From the NCBI GenBank assembly GCA_036170495.1, contig JAVHPH010000252.1: DNA of 43,386 nt; one strand, given 5' to 3'. Position 1 is the first letter of the stretch. Each line of letters opens with the position of its first letter. Below are positions 1 to 10,564 of this stretch, one piece after another. Below the pieces are notes generated by a model. It did not search any database. It was given only the letters and a program-made list of their open reading frames with translations, and was not told the origin of the DNA. This DNA is from Azonexus sp. (GTDB taxonomy: Bacteria; Pseudomonadota; Gammaproteobacteria; Burkholderiales; Rhodocyclaceae). The translations under genes and the position numbers were made by a program.

Positions 1-413
1 TGACCGTTCTCGTCGGAGCCGACGGCGTGCATCTCGGCAAGGATGACGGCAACCTGATGGTGGCTCGCGCCCTGCTCGGACCGCACCGTATTCTCGGTGC
101 TTCGTGCTACGCCGACTTCACTGCCGCACAGGGGGCCGACGCAGCCGGTGTCGATTACGTTGCCTTCGGTGCCGTCTATCCGTCACCGACCAAACCGAAC
201 GCGTCGCTCGCCTCCGGCGATTTGTTTTTTGCCGCAAAAACCCGGTTGACCGTAGCAAGCTGCGCCATCGGCGGCATCACGCTGGCCAACGCGGCGCCGC
301 TCATCGCTGCCGGCGCCGACCTGCTCGCCGTCATCACCGACCTGTTCAGCGCGCCCGACATCGCGGCGCGCGCTGCCGCCTACCAACGTCTTTTCGAGGA
401 GCACTCCGCATGA
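1..413 (+). CDS. thiE: Thiamine-phosphate synthase, 5'-truncated by window edge
   Basis: Motifs [22 protein letters not shown] and AIGGI; the frame is open from the window start; stop overlaps the hemL ATG. Confidence 0.9.
   Translation, partial: TVLVGADGVHLGKDDGNLMVARALLGPHRILGASCYADFTAAQGADAAGVDYVAFGAVYPSPTKPNASLASGDLFFAAKTRLTVASCAIGGITLANAAPLIAAGADLLAVITDLFSAPDIAARAAAYQRLFEEHSA
220..256 (-). repeat. Dispersed 37-bp motif copy, inside thiE
   Basis: atttgttttttgccgcaaaaacccggttgaccgtagc; encodes [11 protein letters not shown]. Confidence 0.8.
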
Positions 414-1693
414 CCTCTCGCAACCAGCAACTGTTCGAACGCGCCCAACGCCACATTCCGGGCGGCGTCAATTCGCCGGTGCGCGCCTTCCGCTCGGTCG
501 GCGGCACGCCCTGTTTCTTCCAGAAGGGCGTCGGCGCCAAGGTTCAGGATGCCGACGGCAAGTGGTACACCGATTACGTCGGTTCGTGGGGCCCGATGAT
601 CCTCGGCCACGCCCACCCGAAGGTTATCGCTGCTGTGCAGGCCGCCGTCGTCGATGGCCTGTCCTTTGGCGCGCCGACCGAGAAGGAAGTCGACATCGCC
701 GACCTGCTCTGCGAACTGGTACCGTCGATGGACATGGTGCGTCTGGTTTCCTCGGGCACCGAGGCGACGATGAGCGCCATCCGTCTGGCCCGTGGTTACA
801 CCGGCCGCGACCTCCTGATCAAGTTTGAAGGCTGCTACCACGGCCATTCCGACGGCCTGCTCGTCAAGGCCGGCTCCGGCCTGCTGACCTTCGGCAACCC
901 GTCATCGAGCGGCGTCCCGGCCGGCGTGGCCGAAAACACCATGGTCCTCACCTACAACGATCCGCAGGAACTGGCCGATGCTTTCGCCAAGCATGGCGAC
1001 AAGATCGCCGCCGTCATCGTCGAACCAGTCGTCGGCAACATGAACCTGATCGCTCCGACCCCAGCCTTCCTGAACGCCATGCGCGAGCTGTGCACGAAGA
1101 ACGGCTCGGTGCTCATTTTTGACGAGGTGATGACCGGCTTCCGCGTCGGCCTGAAAAGCGCCCAGGGCCTGTTCGGCATCACGCCGGACCTGTCCACTTT
1201 CGGCAAGGTGGTCGGCGGCGGCATGCCGCTCGGCGCCTTTGGCGGCAAGCGCGAAATCATGGAACAGATCGCCCCGCTTGGTCCGGTCTATCAGGCCGGC
1301 ACCCTGTCCGGCAACCCGATCGCCACGGCAGCCGGTCTGGCTACGTTGAAGCTCATCCAGGCGCCCGGTTTCTACGAAGCCCTGACCGCCAAGACCAAGG
1401 CCCTGTGCGACGGCCTGGTCGCCGCCGCGAAAAAACACGGCGTCGCGTTCTCCGCCCAGAACATCGGCGGCATGTTCGGCCTCTATTTCGCCGAAAAATG
1501 CCCGGGCACCTACGACGAAGTGCTGGCCTGCGACAAGGAAGCCTTCAACCGCTTCTTCCACGCCATGCTCGACGCCGGCCACTACTTTGCGCCGTCGGCC
1601 TTCGAAGCCGGCTTCGTTTCGGCTGCCCATTCCGACGCCGACATCGCGGCCACCATCGCCGCTGCCGACGCCTGGTTTGCCACGCAGAAGTGA
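410..1693 (+). CDS. hemL: Glutamate-1-semialdehyde 2,1-aminomutase
   Basis: [30 protein letters not shown] and the PLP lysine motif FGKVVGGG; ATG at 410 overlaps the thiE stop. Confidence 0.97.
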   Translation: MTSRNQQLFERAQRHIPGGVNSPVRAFRSVGGTPCFFQKGVGAKVQDADGKWYTDYVGSWGPMILGHAHPKVIAAVQAAVVDGLSFGAPTEKEVDIADLLCELVPSMDMVRLVSSGTEATMSAIRLARGYTGRDLLIKFEGCYHGHSDGLLVKAGSGLLTFGNPSSSGVPAGVAENTMVLTYNDPQELADAFAKHGDKIAAVIVEPVVGNMNLIAPTPAFLNAMRELCTKNGSVLIFDEVMTGFRVGLKSAQGLFGITPDLSTFGKVVGGGMPLGAFGGKREIMEQIAPLGPVYQAGTLSGNPIATAAGLATLKLIQAPGFYEALTAKTKALCDGLVAAAKKHGVAFSAQNIGGMFGLYFAEKCPGTYDEVLACDKEAFNRFFHAMLDAGHYFAPSAFEAGFVSAAHSDADIAATIAAADAWFATQK

Positions 1694-2028
1694 ATTCCGG
1701 TTCCGCCTGGCTGATCCTCTTCGTCGCCGGCCTCTGCGAGGTCGGCTGGGCGGTCGGCCTGAAATACACCGAGGGTTTCAGCCGCCTGTGGCCATCGGCC
1801 GCGACGCTGGTGGCGATGACGGCCAGCGTCGCCCTGCTCGGCTGGTCGCTCAAAGTCCTGCCACTCGGCACGGCCTACGCGGTGTGGACGGGCATCGGCG
1901 CCGTCGGCACCGCGATCCTCGGCATGCTCCTGTTCGGCGAGTCGCGCGAGGTACTGCGCTTCGTCTGCATCGGCCTGATTGTCGCCGGCATCGTCGGCCT
2001 CAAGCTGGTCACGCCGGAAGGGCTTTAA
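1690..2028 (+). CDS. sugE: SMR-family exporter, SugE/Gdx subtype
   Basis: [25 protein letters not shown] and [13 protein letters not shown]; GTG overlaps the hemL TGA. Confidence 0.9.
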   Translation: MNSGSAWLILFVAGLCEVGWAVGLKYTEGFSRLWPSAATLVAMTASVALLGWSLKVLPLGTAYAVWTGIGAVGTAILGMLLFGESREVLRFVCIGLIVAGIVGLKLVTPEGL

Positions 2029-2089
2029 GCTCGCCGACGAAAAAAGCGCAGTAAGATTCCCGCAATAAAAACACAGGGGGAGCGGCGCC

Positions 2090-4297
2090 ATGCAGGATGT
2101 CTTCAAAAAGCTCTATCAGAGCGGCGACTTCTGGGGCGGCCTGGCCGCCATGCTGGTGGCCTTGCCTGCCGCCATCGCTTTCGGCGTCACCATCTATTCG
2201 GCCATTGCGCCCAGCCACGCGGCGCTGGGCGCCCTGGCCGGAATCATTGGTGCCGCCGTGATCGGCCTGATTACCTCCATTCTCGGCGGCACCGACCGTC
2301 TGATCAGCGCCCCCTGTGCCCCGGCCGCAGCGCTGCTCTCGGCTTTCGCCATCGAACTGGTCGGCCAGGGCGTGCCGGGCGGCAACGTCATTCTGATGCT
2401 GCTCATGCTCGGCGTGCTGGCCGGACTATTCCAGCTCCTTTTCGGCTTCGTCGGCATCGGCCGCCTGATCAAATACATCCCCTACCCGGTGGTCAGCGGC
2501 TATCTGACCGGGGTCGGCCTGCTCATCATCGGCAGCCAGGTCGGCAAACTGCTTGGCACGCCGACCGCCACCCGCTGGTTCGAGGCCGTATACACCCCCG
2601 CCCTGTGGGACTGGCGGGCCCTGGCCGTCGGCCTCACGACCATGCTCGTCATGTCGCTGAGCCCCGGCCTGACCCAACGCCTGCCCGGCACCATCCTCGG
2701 CATTGCTGCCGGCATTGCCTGCTATTTCGGCCTGGCGTGGCAAGATGAAAGCCTGCTCCACCTCGCCGCCAATAACCTCATCATCGGCCCGCTCGGCGCC
2801 AGCGGCGAAGGCTACATCCAGTCGATCACCGGCCGCTGGCACGAGATCGGCGATCTGCGTCTCGGCCAGGTCGCCGCCCTGCTCGGCAACGCCCTAACCC
2901 TGGCCGTGCTGCTCTCGATCGACACCCTGAAAACCTGCGTCGTCCTCGACCAATTGACGCGCTCACAACACCATCCGAACCGCGAACTGATCGCTCAGGG
3001 AATCGCCAATATCGCCTCCTCGTCGGTCGGCGGCATTCCTGGGGCCGGCACCATGGGCGCCACCCTGGTCAATCTATCGAGCGGTGCGATGACCCGCGCA
3101 TCAGGGCTGGTCGAGGGCGTCTCCGCCCTCGTTTTCGCGCTGCTCCTGAGCAGTTTTATCGCCTGGATTCCGGTTGCCGCACTGGCTGGCATCCTGATCG
3201 TCGTCGGCATCCGGATGATCGACCGTGGACCGCTGCGCTTCGTCCAGTCGTCGGCCACCGTTTTCGATTTCGGCGTCGTCGTCACCGTCGTCGTCGTCGC
3301 CCTGACCGTCGGCCTGATTGCCGCCTCGGCAGCTGGCGTCGCGCTGGCCATCATCCTTTTCCTGCGCGAACAGATTGGCGGCTCGGTTGTTCGCCATAAG
3401 TTCTACGTCAATCAGATGTCCTCAAGCTGGCATCGCCCCGAAGCCGAAACGCGTGTTCTCGAAAAAAAGGGCGACCAAGCGGTCATTTTCGAATTGCAGG
3501 GCAGCCTGTTCTTTGGCACCACCCAACAGCTTTACAGCCAACTGGAGCCGGAGCTGAAGAGCCGAAATTTCGTCATCCTCGACATGAAACGGATCCAGTC
3601 CGTCGATGTGACTGCCGCCCATCTGCTCAGTCAGGTTCGCGATTCACTGGCCGAACGCGGCGCCCTGTTACTGCTCTCCAATGTCCGGGAAAATCTGCCG
3701 AACAATCGTAATCTGCGCGAGTTCCTGGCCCAAACCGGCGTCACCGACAATCCGGAAAGCGTCCGCCTGTTTAGCGAACTGGACAGCGCCATCGAATGGG
3801 TGGAAGACCGTCTGCTCGGCGAGCGGGAACAAAACAGCCCGGAAACCGAGACCGCACTGGAGCTGCAGGAGATGGAGCTGTTCAAACATCGCAAGGACGA
3901 AACCTTGGCCGACCTGGAAAAACGGCTGGTCAAACGCCGCTATGCCGCTGGCGATGTCATCTATTCGCAGGGCGAGCCGGGCGACGCGATTTATTTGATC
4001 CGGCGCGGCGCGGTGAAGATTTTTGCCCCGCTCGGCGGCGGCCGCACCCGCCATGTCGCCACCTTTGGTCGTGGCGATTTCTTCGGCGGCCTCGCTTTCC
4101 TCGATGGCTTGCCGCGTGGCGATGACGCCATCGCCGCTGGCGACACGGAATTTTTCGTCCTCTCCGAGGACGAATTCAACACGATCTCCGAGGAACACAA
4201 GAAACTGGCGCTGACCCTGCTCCAGGCGCTGGCCCGTTCGCTTGCCCTGCGCCTGCGCCACGCCGACAACGAGAACGCCATGTTGCAGGAGTATTGA
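2090..4297 (+). CDS. SulP/SLC26 anion transporter with STAS and C-terminal cyclic-nucleotide-binding domains
   Basis: GD..GG...LVALP.AIAFG, IPYPVVSG and NRELIAQGIAN; STAS motif LQGSLFFG...ILDMKRI; cNMP motif QGEPGDAIYLIRRG...GDFFGG. Confidence 0.9.
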   Translation: MQDVFKKLYQSGDFWGGLAAMLVALPAAIAFGVTIYSAIAPSHAALGALAGIIGAAVIGLITSILGGTDRLISAPCAPAAALLSAFAIELVGQGVPGGNVILMLLMLGVLAGLFQLLFGFVGIGRLIKYIPYPVVSGYLTGVGLLIIGSQVGKLLGTPTATRWFEAVYTPALWDWRALAVGLTTMLVMSLSPGLTQRLPGTILGIAAGIACYFGLAWQDESLLHLAANNLIIGPLGASGEGYIQSITGRWHEIGDLRLGQVAALLGNALTLAVLLSIDTLKTCVVLDQLTRSQHHPNRELIAQGIANIASSSVGGIPGAGTMGATLVNLSSGAMTRASGLVEGVSALVFALLLSSFIAWIPVAALAGILIVVGIRMIDRGPLRFVQSSATVFDFGVVVTVVVVALTVGLIAASAAGVALAIILFLREQIGGSVVRHKFYVNQMSSSWHRPEAETRVLEKKGDQAVIFELQGSLFFGTTQQLYSQLEPELKSRNFVILDMKRIQSVDVTAAHLLSQVRDSLAERGALLLLSNVRENLPNNRNLREFLAQTGVTDNPESVRLFSELDSAIEWVEDRLLGEREQNSPETETALELQEMELFKHRKDETLADLEKRLVKRRYAAGDVIYSQGEPGDAIYLIRRGAVKIFAPLGGGRTRHVATFGRGDFFGGLAFLDGLPRGDDAIAAGDTEFFVLSEDEFNTISEEHKKLALTLLQALARSLALRLRHADNENAMLQEY

Positions 4298-4300
4298 TTA

Positions 4301-4592
4301 AACCTAGCCTGAATGTTGCACAAATTTTGACCCGAACCACCTCCGCGCTCCGTAGCCCATTTTTTCGATTTTGAGGCAATAGCTCCCCCCTCCCCCACGG
4401 GCGGGGTGATGCGTGTGAAGTCGTTGATGAGCGGGGTGGGTGGCCGCGTTTCGTGGGCCAGACGTGACGGGTTCATGGCGAAGCGGGCATGGGGCGCTGT
4501 CACCCATTGGGTGAATCACAGCGAAGGCACAAACGCCAGCTTTCATGCGGCTCGCAAAGAATGGATAAGCGGTCAACTGCGGTTTCTAGGTT
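4301..4592. mobile_element. Possible non-autonomous IS/MITE-like insertion
   Basis: ~290-bp stretch between convergent genes, bounded by the 7-bp inverted ends AACCTAG (4301-4307) and CTAGGTT (4586-4592); no credible ORF. Confidence 0.3.
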
Positions 4593-4630
4593 AAAGGAAC
4601 GTGACCGCCGATTCAGCCCGCTACGGGGCC

Positions 4631-4667
4631 GCCACGGTCAACCGGAAAAAATGGCCAATATTAAAAT
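4631..4667 (+). repeat. Dispersed 37-bp motif copy, intergenic, after the mgtE stop
   Basis: gccacggtcaaccggaaaaaatggccaatattaaaat. Confidence 0.9.
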
Positions 4668-4685
4668 GGCCGGCCGACCCCGAAA

Positions 4686-6128
4686 TCACATGAGCAGCAG
4701 CGTGGCCAAGCCGAGGAAGATGAAGAATCCGCCGGAATCGGTCAGTGCGGTGATCATCACCGAACCGCCCACCGCCGGGTCAGCGCCGAACTTCTGGCGC
4801 AACAGCGGAATGCCAACGCCGGCCGAGGCCGCCAGCAAGAGGTTCAGCGTCATCGCCGAGGTCATCACCAGACCGAGCTTGACGCTGCCGTAGAGCCACC
4901 ACGCGGCGATGCCGAGCAGGCTGCCCCAGATCAGGCCGTTGATCGTCGCCACGCCGAGTTCCTTGCGCAGCAGGCGGCGCATGGCGTCGGGCTGGACCTG
5001 GCCCATGGCGATGGCGCGGACGATCATGGTGATCGTCTGGTTGCCGGAATTGCCACCGATGCCAGCGACAATCGGCATCAGGGCGGCAAGTGCCACCAGT
5101 TTCTCGATGGAATCCTCAAAGGCGCCAATCACCCGCGAGGCAACAAAAGCCGTCACCAGATTGACCGCCAGCCAGGCCCAACGGTTTTTCACCGAGTCCC
5201 ATACCGAGGCGAAAATGTCTTCTTCCTCGCGCAGACCGGCCTGAGCCAGTTGTTCGTGCTCGGCTTCTTCGCGGATGTAGTCGACGACCTCATTAACGGT
5301 CACGCGGCCGACGAGCCTGCCGTCCGGGTCGAGCACCGGAGCCGAGACGAGGTCATAGCGCTCGAAAGCCTTGGCGGCCTCTTCGGCGAGGTCGTCAGGC
5401 TCGAACTCGACGAAAGCGGTCTGCATCAGCGTACCGACTTCGACGTCGACCTCATTGACCAGCAGAATGTTGAGCGGCAGCACGCCTTTCAGGCGCTCAT
5501 CGCGATCGACGACGAAAAGCTGATCAGTATGGTCGGGAAGTTCGTCGAAACGGCGCAGATAGCGCAGCACCACTTCGAGCGAGACATCCTCGCGCACGGT
5601 GACCATGTCGAAATCCATGATCGAACCGACCGACTCTTCGGGGTAGGACATCGCGGCGCGCAACTGCTCGCGCTCGGCGATGGTCAGGCCGCGGAATACA
5701 TCATCGATAACGCCTTGCGGCAAATCGGGCGCGAGGTCGGCCAGTTCATCGGCATCGAGCGTTTCGGCGGCAGCGACCAATTCGGTCCGCTCCATCGAAT
5801 CGATCAGGGTTTCCCGAACAGCATCCGAAACTTCGAGCAGGATTTCGCCTTCGAGCTCCGGATTGACCAGTTCCCAGACAATCAGGCGCTCGTCCTGCGG
5901 CAAAGCCTCGAGGATGTAGGCGATGTCGGCCGGATGCATCGGCTCCAACCTGGCCCGCAGCGAATTCAAGTGCTGCTTGTGGACAATGTCCTCGACCAGA
6001 TCGTGGTGCGGACCTTCCTGCCGGCGTACCAGCTCTTCAACCAGCTTGTGCCGGACGAGCAGGGTCTGCACCTCGGCGAGGCGCTCCTGCAAGTCTTCGG
6101 TATCGGTCAGCTGGGCTTCTTCGCTCAT
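4686..6128 (-). CDS. mgtE: Magnesium transporter MgtE
   Basis: N-domain HPADIA, CBS pair, and TM motifs MPIVAGIGGNSGNQ and DPAVGGSVMITALTDSGG; start taken as MSEEAQ. Confidence 0.95.
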   Translation of the reverse strand: MSEEAQLTDTEDLQERLAEVQTLLVRHKLVEELVRRQEGPHHDLVEDIVHKQHLNSLRARLEPMHPADIAYILEALPQDERLIVWELVNPELEGEILLEVSDAVRETLIDSMERTELVAAAETLDADELADLAPDLPQGVIDDVFRGLTIAEREQLRAAMSYPEESVGSIMDFDMVTVREDVSLEVVLRYLRRFDELPDHTDQLFVVDRDERLKGVLPLNILLVNEVDVEVGTLMQTAFVEFEPDDLAEEAAKAFERYDLVSAPVLDPDGRLVGRVTVNEVVDYIREEAEHEQLAQAGLREEEDIFASVWDSVKNRWAWLAVNLVTAFVASRVIGAFEDSIEKLVALAALMPIVAGIGGNSGNQTITMIVRAIAMGQVQPDAMRRLLRKELGVATINGLIWGSLLGIAAWWLYGSVKLGLVMTSAMTLNLLLAASAGVGIPLLRQKFGADPAVGGSVMITALTDSGGFFIFLGLATLLLM

Positions 6129-6222
6129 GGTGCGGCGCCGCAAAAGGTAGGGCATTTTAGCATCGGGCGAAGAGCCGGGTTCCGACAAAATTACGGCGGG
6201 AAACCCTTATCCCGGCAATCGT

Positions 6223-6918
6223 TCACGGCACTTCGGCGCCCGGCATACGGGCCAGAATAATCGCCGTCTTGCGCCCCAATCCGGGGGCATTGCGATTGCG
6301 GTCGTAGTAGCGCGGATTCGGTACCATGCCGGCCAGCCGCGCCGCCTGTTCCGGCCCGAGCTGGGCGGCGCTGGTGTTGTAGTAATGGCGGGCCGCCGCC
6401 TCGGCACCAAAAACACCGTTGCCCCATTCGATCACGTTGAGATAAACCTCGAGAATCCGCCGCTTGCTCCACAGGTTTTCCAGCATCAACGTAATGATCG
6501 CCTCTTCGGCCTTGCGGAAATACGACTTGGTCGGCGTCAGGAACAGGTTTTTAGCCAGTTGCTGGCTGATGGTCGAGCCGCCGGCCGCGAAACGCCCTCG
6601 CTTCTGGTTCTTTTCGAGCGCCTTCTGCATGCCTTCCCAGTCGAAGCCTTCATGGTCGACGAACTTGGCATCCTCGGCGGAGATGATGGCGCGCTTGAGA
6701 TGAATTGAAATCCGCGCGTAGGGCACCCATTGCTTTTTAAGTTGGGCATCGGGCAGCTTCTGGTGCAATTCGGTCAGACGAATTTCCATGAAACGGGTTT
6801 CGCCGGGGTTCATCCACCCCCAAAGCAACACCCAGCCAAGGAGCCACAACTGCCAGATCAGGAACAATCCGAGCATGCCCAGCACAGCCCATTTCAACCA
6901 ACGGCCAACGATTTTCAT
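6223..6918 (-). CDS. mtgA: Monofunctional peptidoglycan transglycosylase
   Basis: [42 protein letters not shown]. Confidence 0.95.
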   Translation of the reverse strand: MKIVGRWLKWAVLGMLGLFLIWQLWLLGWVLLWGWMNPGETRFMEIRLTELHQKLPDAQLKKQWVPYARISIHLKRAIISAEDAKFVDHEGFDWEGMQKALEKNQKRGRFAAGGSTISQQLAKNLFLTPTKSYFRKAEEAIITLMLENLWSKRRILEVYLNVIEWGNGVFGAEAAARHYYNTSAAQLGPEQAARLAGMVPNPRYYDRNRNAPGLGRKTAIILARMPGAEVP

Positions 6919-7766
6919 GCGGCCAGTTTGGCTCTCAGGTCGGCCAACACCTGAGCGGTGGCCGGGCGCACGCCGCGCCAGACGAAAAAAGCTTCAGCTG
7001 CCTGCTCGACCAGCATGCCGAGCCCATCCGCGCGCATTGCTGCACCCTGCACGCGGGCCAGTGCCAGAAAAGGCGTTTCGCCTTGGCCGTACATCATGTC
7101 GTAGGCCAGACTGCCCGGCGCAAAGATTCCCGGCGGCAAGGGCAGGCTTTCACCGGAAAGGCTGGCTGAAGTGGCGTTGATAATCAGATCGAAGCTGTTG
7201 TCGGCGGTTTTTGCGAAATTTCCCCCGTTGACCGCGCCCCGCAGGAACTCCCCTTGGGGGATAGCCCTGTCCGAAAACGCCTTTGCCAGCAAAACGGCCT
7301 TGTCAGCGCTGCGATTGGCGATAAACAGCGACGCCGGCTGTTCAGCCAGCAGCGGCGCGATAACCCCGCGCGAGGCACCGCCGGCGCCGAGCAGAAGAAT
7401 GCGCTTGCCGGCCAGCGAAAAACCGAGGTTGTGCGTCATGTCGCGAACCAACCCGGCGCCATCGGTGTTGTCGCCGAAGATTTCGGCACCGTTGAAGGCC
7501 AGGGTATTGACCGCCCCGGCTCGCGCCGCGCGCTCGGACAGACGCGTCGCCAGGCGAAACGCCTCCTCCTTGAACGGCACGGTGACATTCGCCCCTTTGC
7601 CCCCCGCCGCTACGAATTCGGAAATCGCTTGTTTAAAGCCGTCGACCGCCGCAAGACGCGCTTCGTAGATCACATCCTGCCCACTCGCAGCGGCGAAGGC
7701 CGCATGAATGGCCGGCGATTTCGAATGGGCAATCGGATTGCCAAAGACGCAGTAAAGATCACTCAT
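6915..7766 (-). CDS. aroE: Shikimate dehydrogenase, with an apparent 9-aa in-frame insertion
   Basis: [39 protein letters not shown]. Confidence 0.95.
   Translation of the reverse strand: MSDLYCVFGNPIAHSKSPAIHAAFAAASGQDVIYEARLAAVDGFKQAISEFVAAGGKGANVTVPFKEEAFRLATRLSERAARAGAVNTLAFNGAEIFGDNTDGAGLVRDMTHNLGFSLAGKRILLLGAGGASRGVIAPLLAEQPASLFIANRSADKAVLLAKAFSDRAIPQGEFLRGAVNGGNFAKTADNSFDLIINATSASLSGESLPLPPGIFAPGSLAYDMMYGQGETPFLALARVQGAAMRADGLGMLVEQAAEAFFVWRGVRPATAQVLADLRAKLAA
7207..7265 (-). repeat. Dispersed motif copy interrupted by a 27-bp hairpin insert (7235-7261), inside aroE
   Basis: gtttttgcgaaatttcccccgttgaccg[cgccccgcaggaactccccttggggga]tagc. Confidence 0.75.
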
Positions 7767-8659
7767 TTGCTGGCCGTATTGAGGGCATCACCCTGCGTGA
7801 AATACCAGGTCCGGGCAAAGGAAAGCACGGTCGCCCCACCCAATGCCTGCTGTGGAATGGCACCGAAGGGCGCCGACATCCGGAGGATACGCAGCGCCGC
7901 CTGATCAAGAATCTTGTGCCCGGACGAGCGCGAGATCTCGGCGCTGTACAGGCTGCCGTCCTCGGCGCGCAATTCAACGAAAATCACCACCGCGCCGTAG
8001 AGCTTGCCGCGCGCTTCTGGCGGATAGTTCAGCGTGCCGATGCGCTCGATTTTCTGTTTCCAGGCATCGAGATAGGCAGCCAGACCATATTCTTCAGTCC
8101 GTGCGCCAACAAATTTCTTGCGCGGCCGTTTGCTGTACTCGTCGGCCGTCTTGCTGATCTCGCCCTCGAGACGGGCCATCGCCCGCGCCGACTCGGCGAG
8201 GTCCAAGCCACTGACCACGGGCACGACCGGCGATGGCTGCTCGGTGGCCGTATTTGCCGCCGCGACGTTGCGCAGACTCTTCGCCTGCGCCAGCAGCCTT
8301 TGCTGGGCTGTTTCGAGTTCCTGGACGCGACGCTGCATCTGCTGAATGGCGTCGCCGTCGTTCTTTTGCGGCGAGGGCGGCAAGGGCGTCTTGGCCCGCC
8401 GGTTTTCATCAGTATTACCGCCGCCATCGAGATTGGCCTGAGCTAGCGCCTGAGCATCCGTCGGCTTGCGTGCGGATTTGGCGTTGACCAGGATGATGTC
8501 CATGGCCTTTTCACGAAAGGCCTGAGAAGCCTCCGGAAACTGGAAATTCAGGAACAGCAACAAGCCATGAAAAAGGACGGAGATGCCCAGTGCGAGCCAC
8601 AAGCGGCGATCTTGCTTCGCCGCGCGGGCTGCGCGCAGGGACGGTCTCTTCTTTTTCAC
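7763..8659 (-). CDS. TonB-family protein (N-terminal anchor, TonB_C domain)
   Basis: TM helix with SxxxH; C-terminal [11 protein letters not shown]...[11 protein letters not shown]. Confidence 0.85.
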   Translation of the reverse strand: MKKKRPSLRAARAAKQDRRLWLALGISVLFHGLLLFLNFQFPEASQAFREKAMDIILVNAKSARKPTDAQALAQANLDGGGNTDENRRAKTPLPPSPQKNDGDAIQQMQRRVQELETAQQRLLAQAKSLRNVAAANTATEQPSPVVPVVSGLDLAESARAMARLEGEISKTADEYSKRPRKKFVGARTEEYGLAAYLDAWKQKIERIGTLNYPPEARGKLYGAVVIFVELRAEDGSLYSAEISRSSGHKILDQAALRILRMSAPFGAIPQQALGGATVLSFARTWYFTQGDALNTASK

Positions 8660-10557
8660 TGCTCCTCACTCTCCGTGGCGTCGGCCAAATTGTTCTCGCC
8701 AAGCAGGCTCACGAAGCGGCAGCTAACTTCCGGCGCCAGCAGATCAAGACTCTCAATGGCCAGACGCACACGCTGGCCGGCCACCAGATCGGCCGGCAAG
8801 GATGGCACGCGGAGCAATAAGGGCAAATGGTCGAGCTTGACGCTCTGCTCACGGCGCACAGTCGCCTCGATTTCAGTCAACCCACGTTGCAGAATCCAGC
8901 GCAGACACCAATAACGCTCCATCTGGCGCTGAAAATCGGCATAAGCGGCGTATGTCAGCTCAAAATCGCGCATGGCGCCGAACAACTCGGCCGATTTCTG
9001 GGCAAAAGCCGGCGTTTCGCCCTTCAAACAGGCAATCAACTGCCATTGGTTGACCATATCGCAGTAACGACGCAGCGGCGAGGTCATCCAGGCGTATTGC
9101 GGCACGCCGAGACCTTCGTGCGGCAGCGGCGAGGTCGTCATGCGCACCTTGCCCTGCGTCTGCGCCCGGTACAGGCAGGCGACGTTCTTCTCGGCGAGCA
9201 GGCCGCCCCAGGTCGAGTTGGCGACGATCATGAGCTCGGCGACCAGCTTGTCGAGCGGACTGCCGCGCTTGCGTTCGGAAATTTCGACGGTGCAGCTATC
9301 CGGATCGGCCAGGTCGCCGCCGATTTCAAAGTTGTAGTCGTTGATGCCCTGCATCGCCGACGGCTTGCCCCGGCGGCCTTCGCAGGCGTTGGCGAAATGC
9401 CAGAGGTGCACCAGTTCGTCCTTGAACGGCTGGTCGGGCAGCGGGCCGTTGATCGTTTCGGCGTTGAACCACGGCTCGATTTCGTGGTGGCGCAGGTTGG
9501 CGGCGATGTGCACCATTTCCAGCCGCGACTCGTGGCTCAGTATTTCCAGCGAGTCATTGACCGTCAGGTAGAGCGAGACGGCCGGGCAATCGACGCCTCC
9601 GGCCAGCGTGTAGTTCTGGACCACGGCATCGGGCAGCATGGTGATCTTGTTGCCCGGCATGTAGACCGTGGACAGCCGGGCGCGGGCGATGCCGTCGAGC
9701 GGCGAGCCGTGCGCGATGGCCAGACCCGGCGCGGCAATGTGGATGCCGATGCGCGAACCGATGCCGGGCAGCCGGACGACCGACAGCGCGTCGTCGATTT
9801 CGGTGGTGTTGGCGTCGTCGATCGAGAAAGCGCGGACGTCGGCCTTCGGCAGATCGCGCGGCAACTTCGGCGCCTCAAGCAGCGGAAAGGCGACGCCTTT
9901 CGGGAACTGTTCGTGCAGGAAACGCCGGTAATGCAGGAAGTAGGGCGACTTGATGGCGCCGCACTTGAAGAGCATTTGCGCCGCCGTCAGGCCGGTTTCG
10001 GCACAGGCCGTCTCGAAGGCTTTGGTTTCCGGTTTGTTGCGGTCCGGGGCGTAAAGCAGGGCATCGGTCAGCGCGCCGATTTCCGGCGGCAGGCGGAATT
10101 CCTTCAGCTCGCCGATCCAGCCTTCCATCGCGAGCGCTTGCTGACGCTTTTTTTCAAGACTGGCCAGAGCAGCTGCGAGAATGTCGGCAGGCGCCTTGCG
10201 GAAGCGACCCTTGCCTTTGCGGTGGAAATAGACGGGCGCGGCGTGCACGGCAAGCAGCACCGCCGTCGCTTCGAGCGGGCTGGGCTCGTGTCCGTAGTAA
10301 TCACGGGCAAAATCAAGAAACGAAAATTCGCCATCGTTGACGCACTCCCAGAGGAATTCTGCTTCGATCTCTTCGGCCAGCGGTGTCGCCTGATCGAGCA
10401 AGGCAGCCGCCGACGGTTTCTCGAAACGCAGCAACACCGTTGCGGCCTTGATCTTGCTGCGCTTGCCGCTCGGCATTTCGACCTGCAACGAGCTGTCGTT
10501 GTCGGCCATGATGCTGCCGGCCTTGAAGCCGCCATCTTCTTCAAACAATACATTCAT
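8656..10557 (-). CDS. RNase II/RNB-domain exoribonuclease
   Basis: FSIDD..TTEIDDALS, IHIAAP and TSPLRRY; start taken as MNVLFEE. Confidence 0.9.
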   Translation of the reverse strand: MNVLFEEDGGFKAGSIMADNDSSLQVEMPSGKRSKIKAATVLLRFEKPSAAALLDQATPLAEEIEAEFLWECVNDGEFSFLDFARDYYGHEPSPLEATAVLLAVHAAPVYFHRKGKGRFRKAPADILAAALASLEKKRQQALAMEGWIGELKEFRLPPEIGALTDALLYAPDRNKPETKAFETACAETGLTAAQMLFKCGAIKSPYFLHYRRFLHEQFPKGVAFPLLEAPKLPRDLPKADVRAFSIDDANTTEIDDALSVVRLPGIGSRIGIHIAAPGLAIAHGSPLDGIARARLSTVYMPGNKITMLPDAVVQNYTLAGGVDCPAVSLYLTVNDSLEILSHESRLEMVHIAANLRHHEIEPWFNAETINGPLPDQPFKDELVHLWHFANACEGRRGKPSAMQGINDYNFEIGGDLADPDSCTVEISERKRGSPLDKLVAELMIVANSTWGGLLAEKNVACLYRAQTQGKVRMTTSPLPHEGLGVPQYAWMTSPLRRYCDMVNQWQLIACLKGETPAFAQKSAELFGAMRDFELTYAAYADFQRQMERYWCLRWILQRGLTEIEATVRREQSVKLDHLPLLLRVPSLPADLVAGQRVRLAIESLDLLAPEVSCRFVSLLGENNLADATESEEQ

Positions 10558-10564
10558 CGACGGA

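Noticed and set aside
4406-4594. 62-aa ORF in the SulP-mgtE gap
   Set aside because: No recognisable motif or RBS, and atypical composition; more likely part of a non-coding element.
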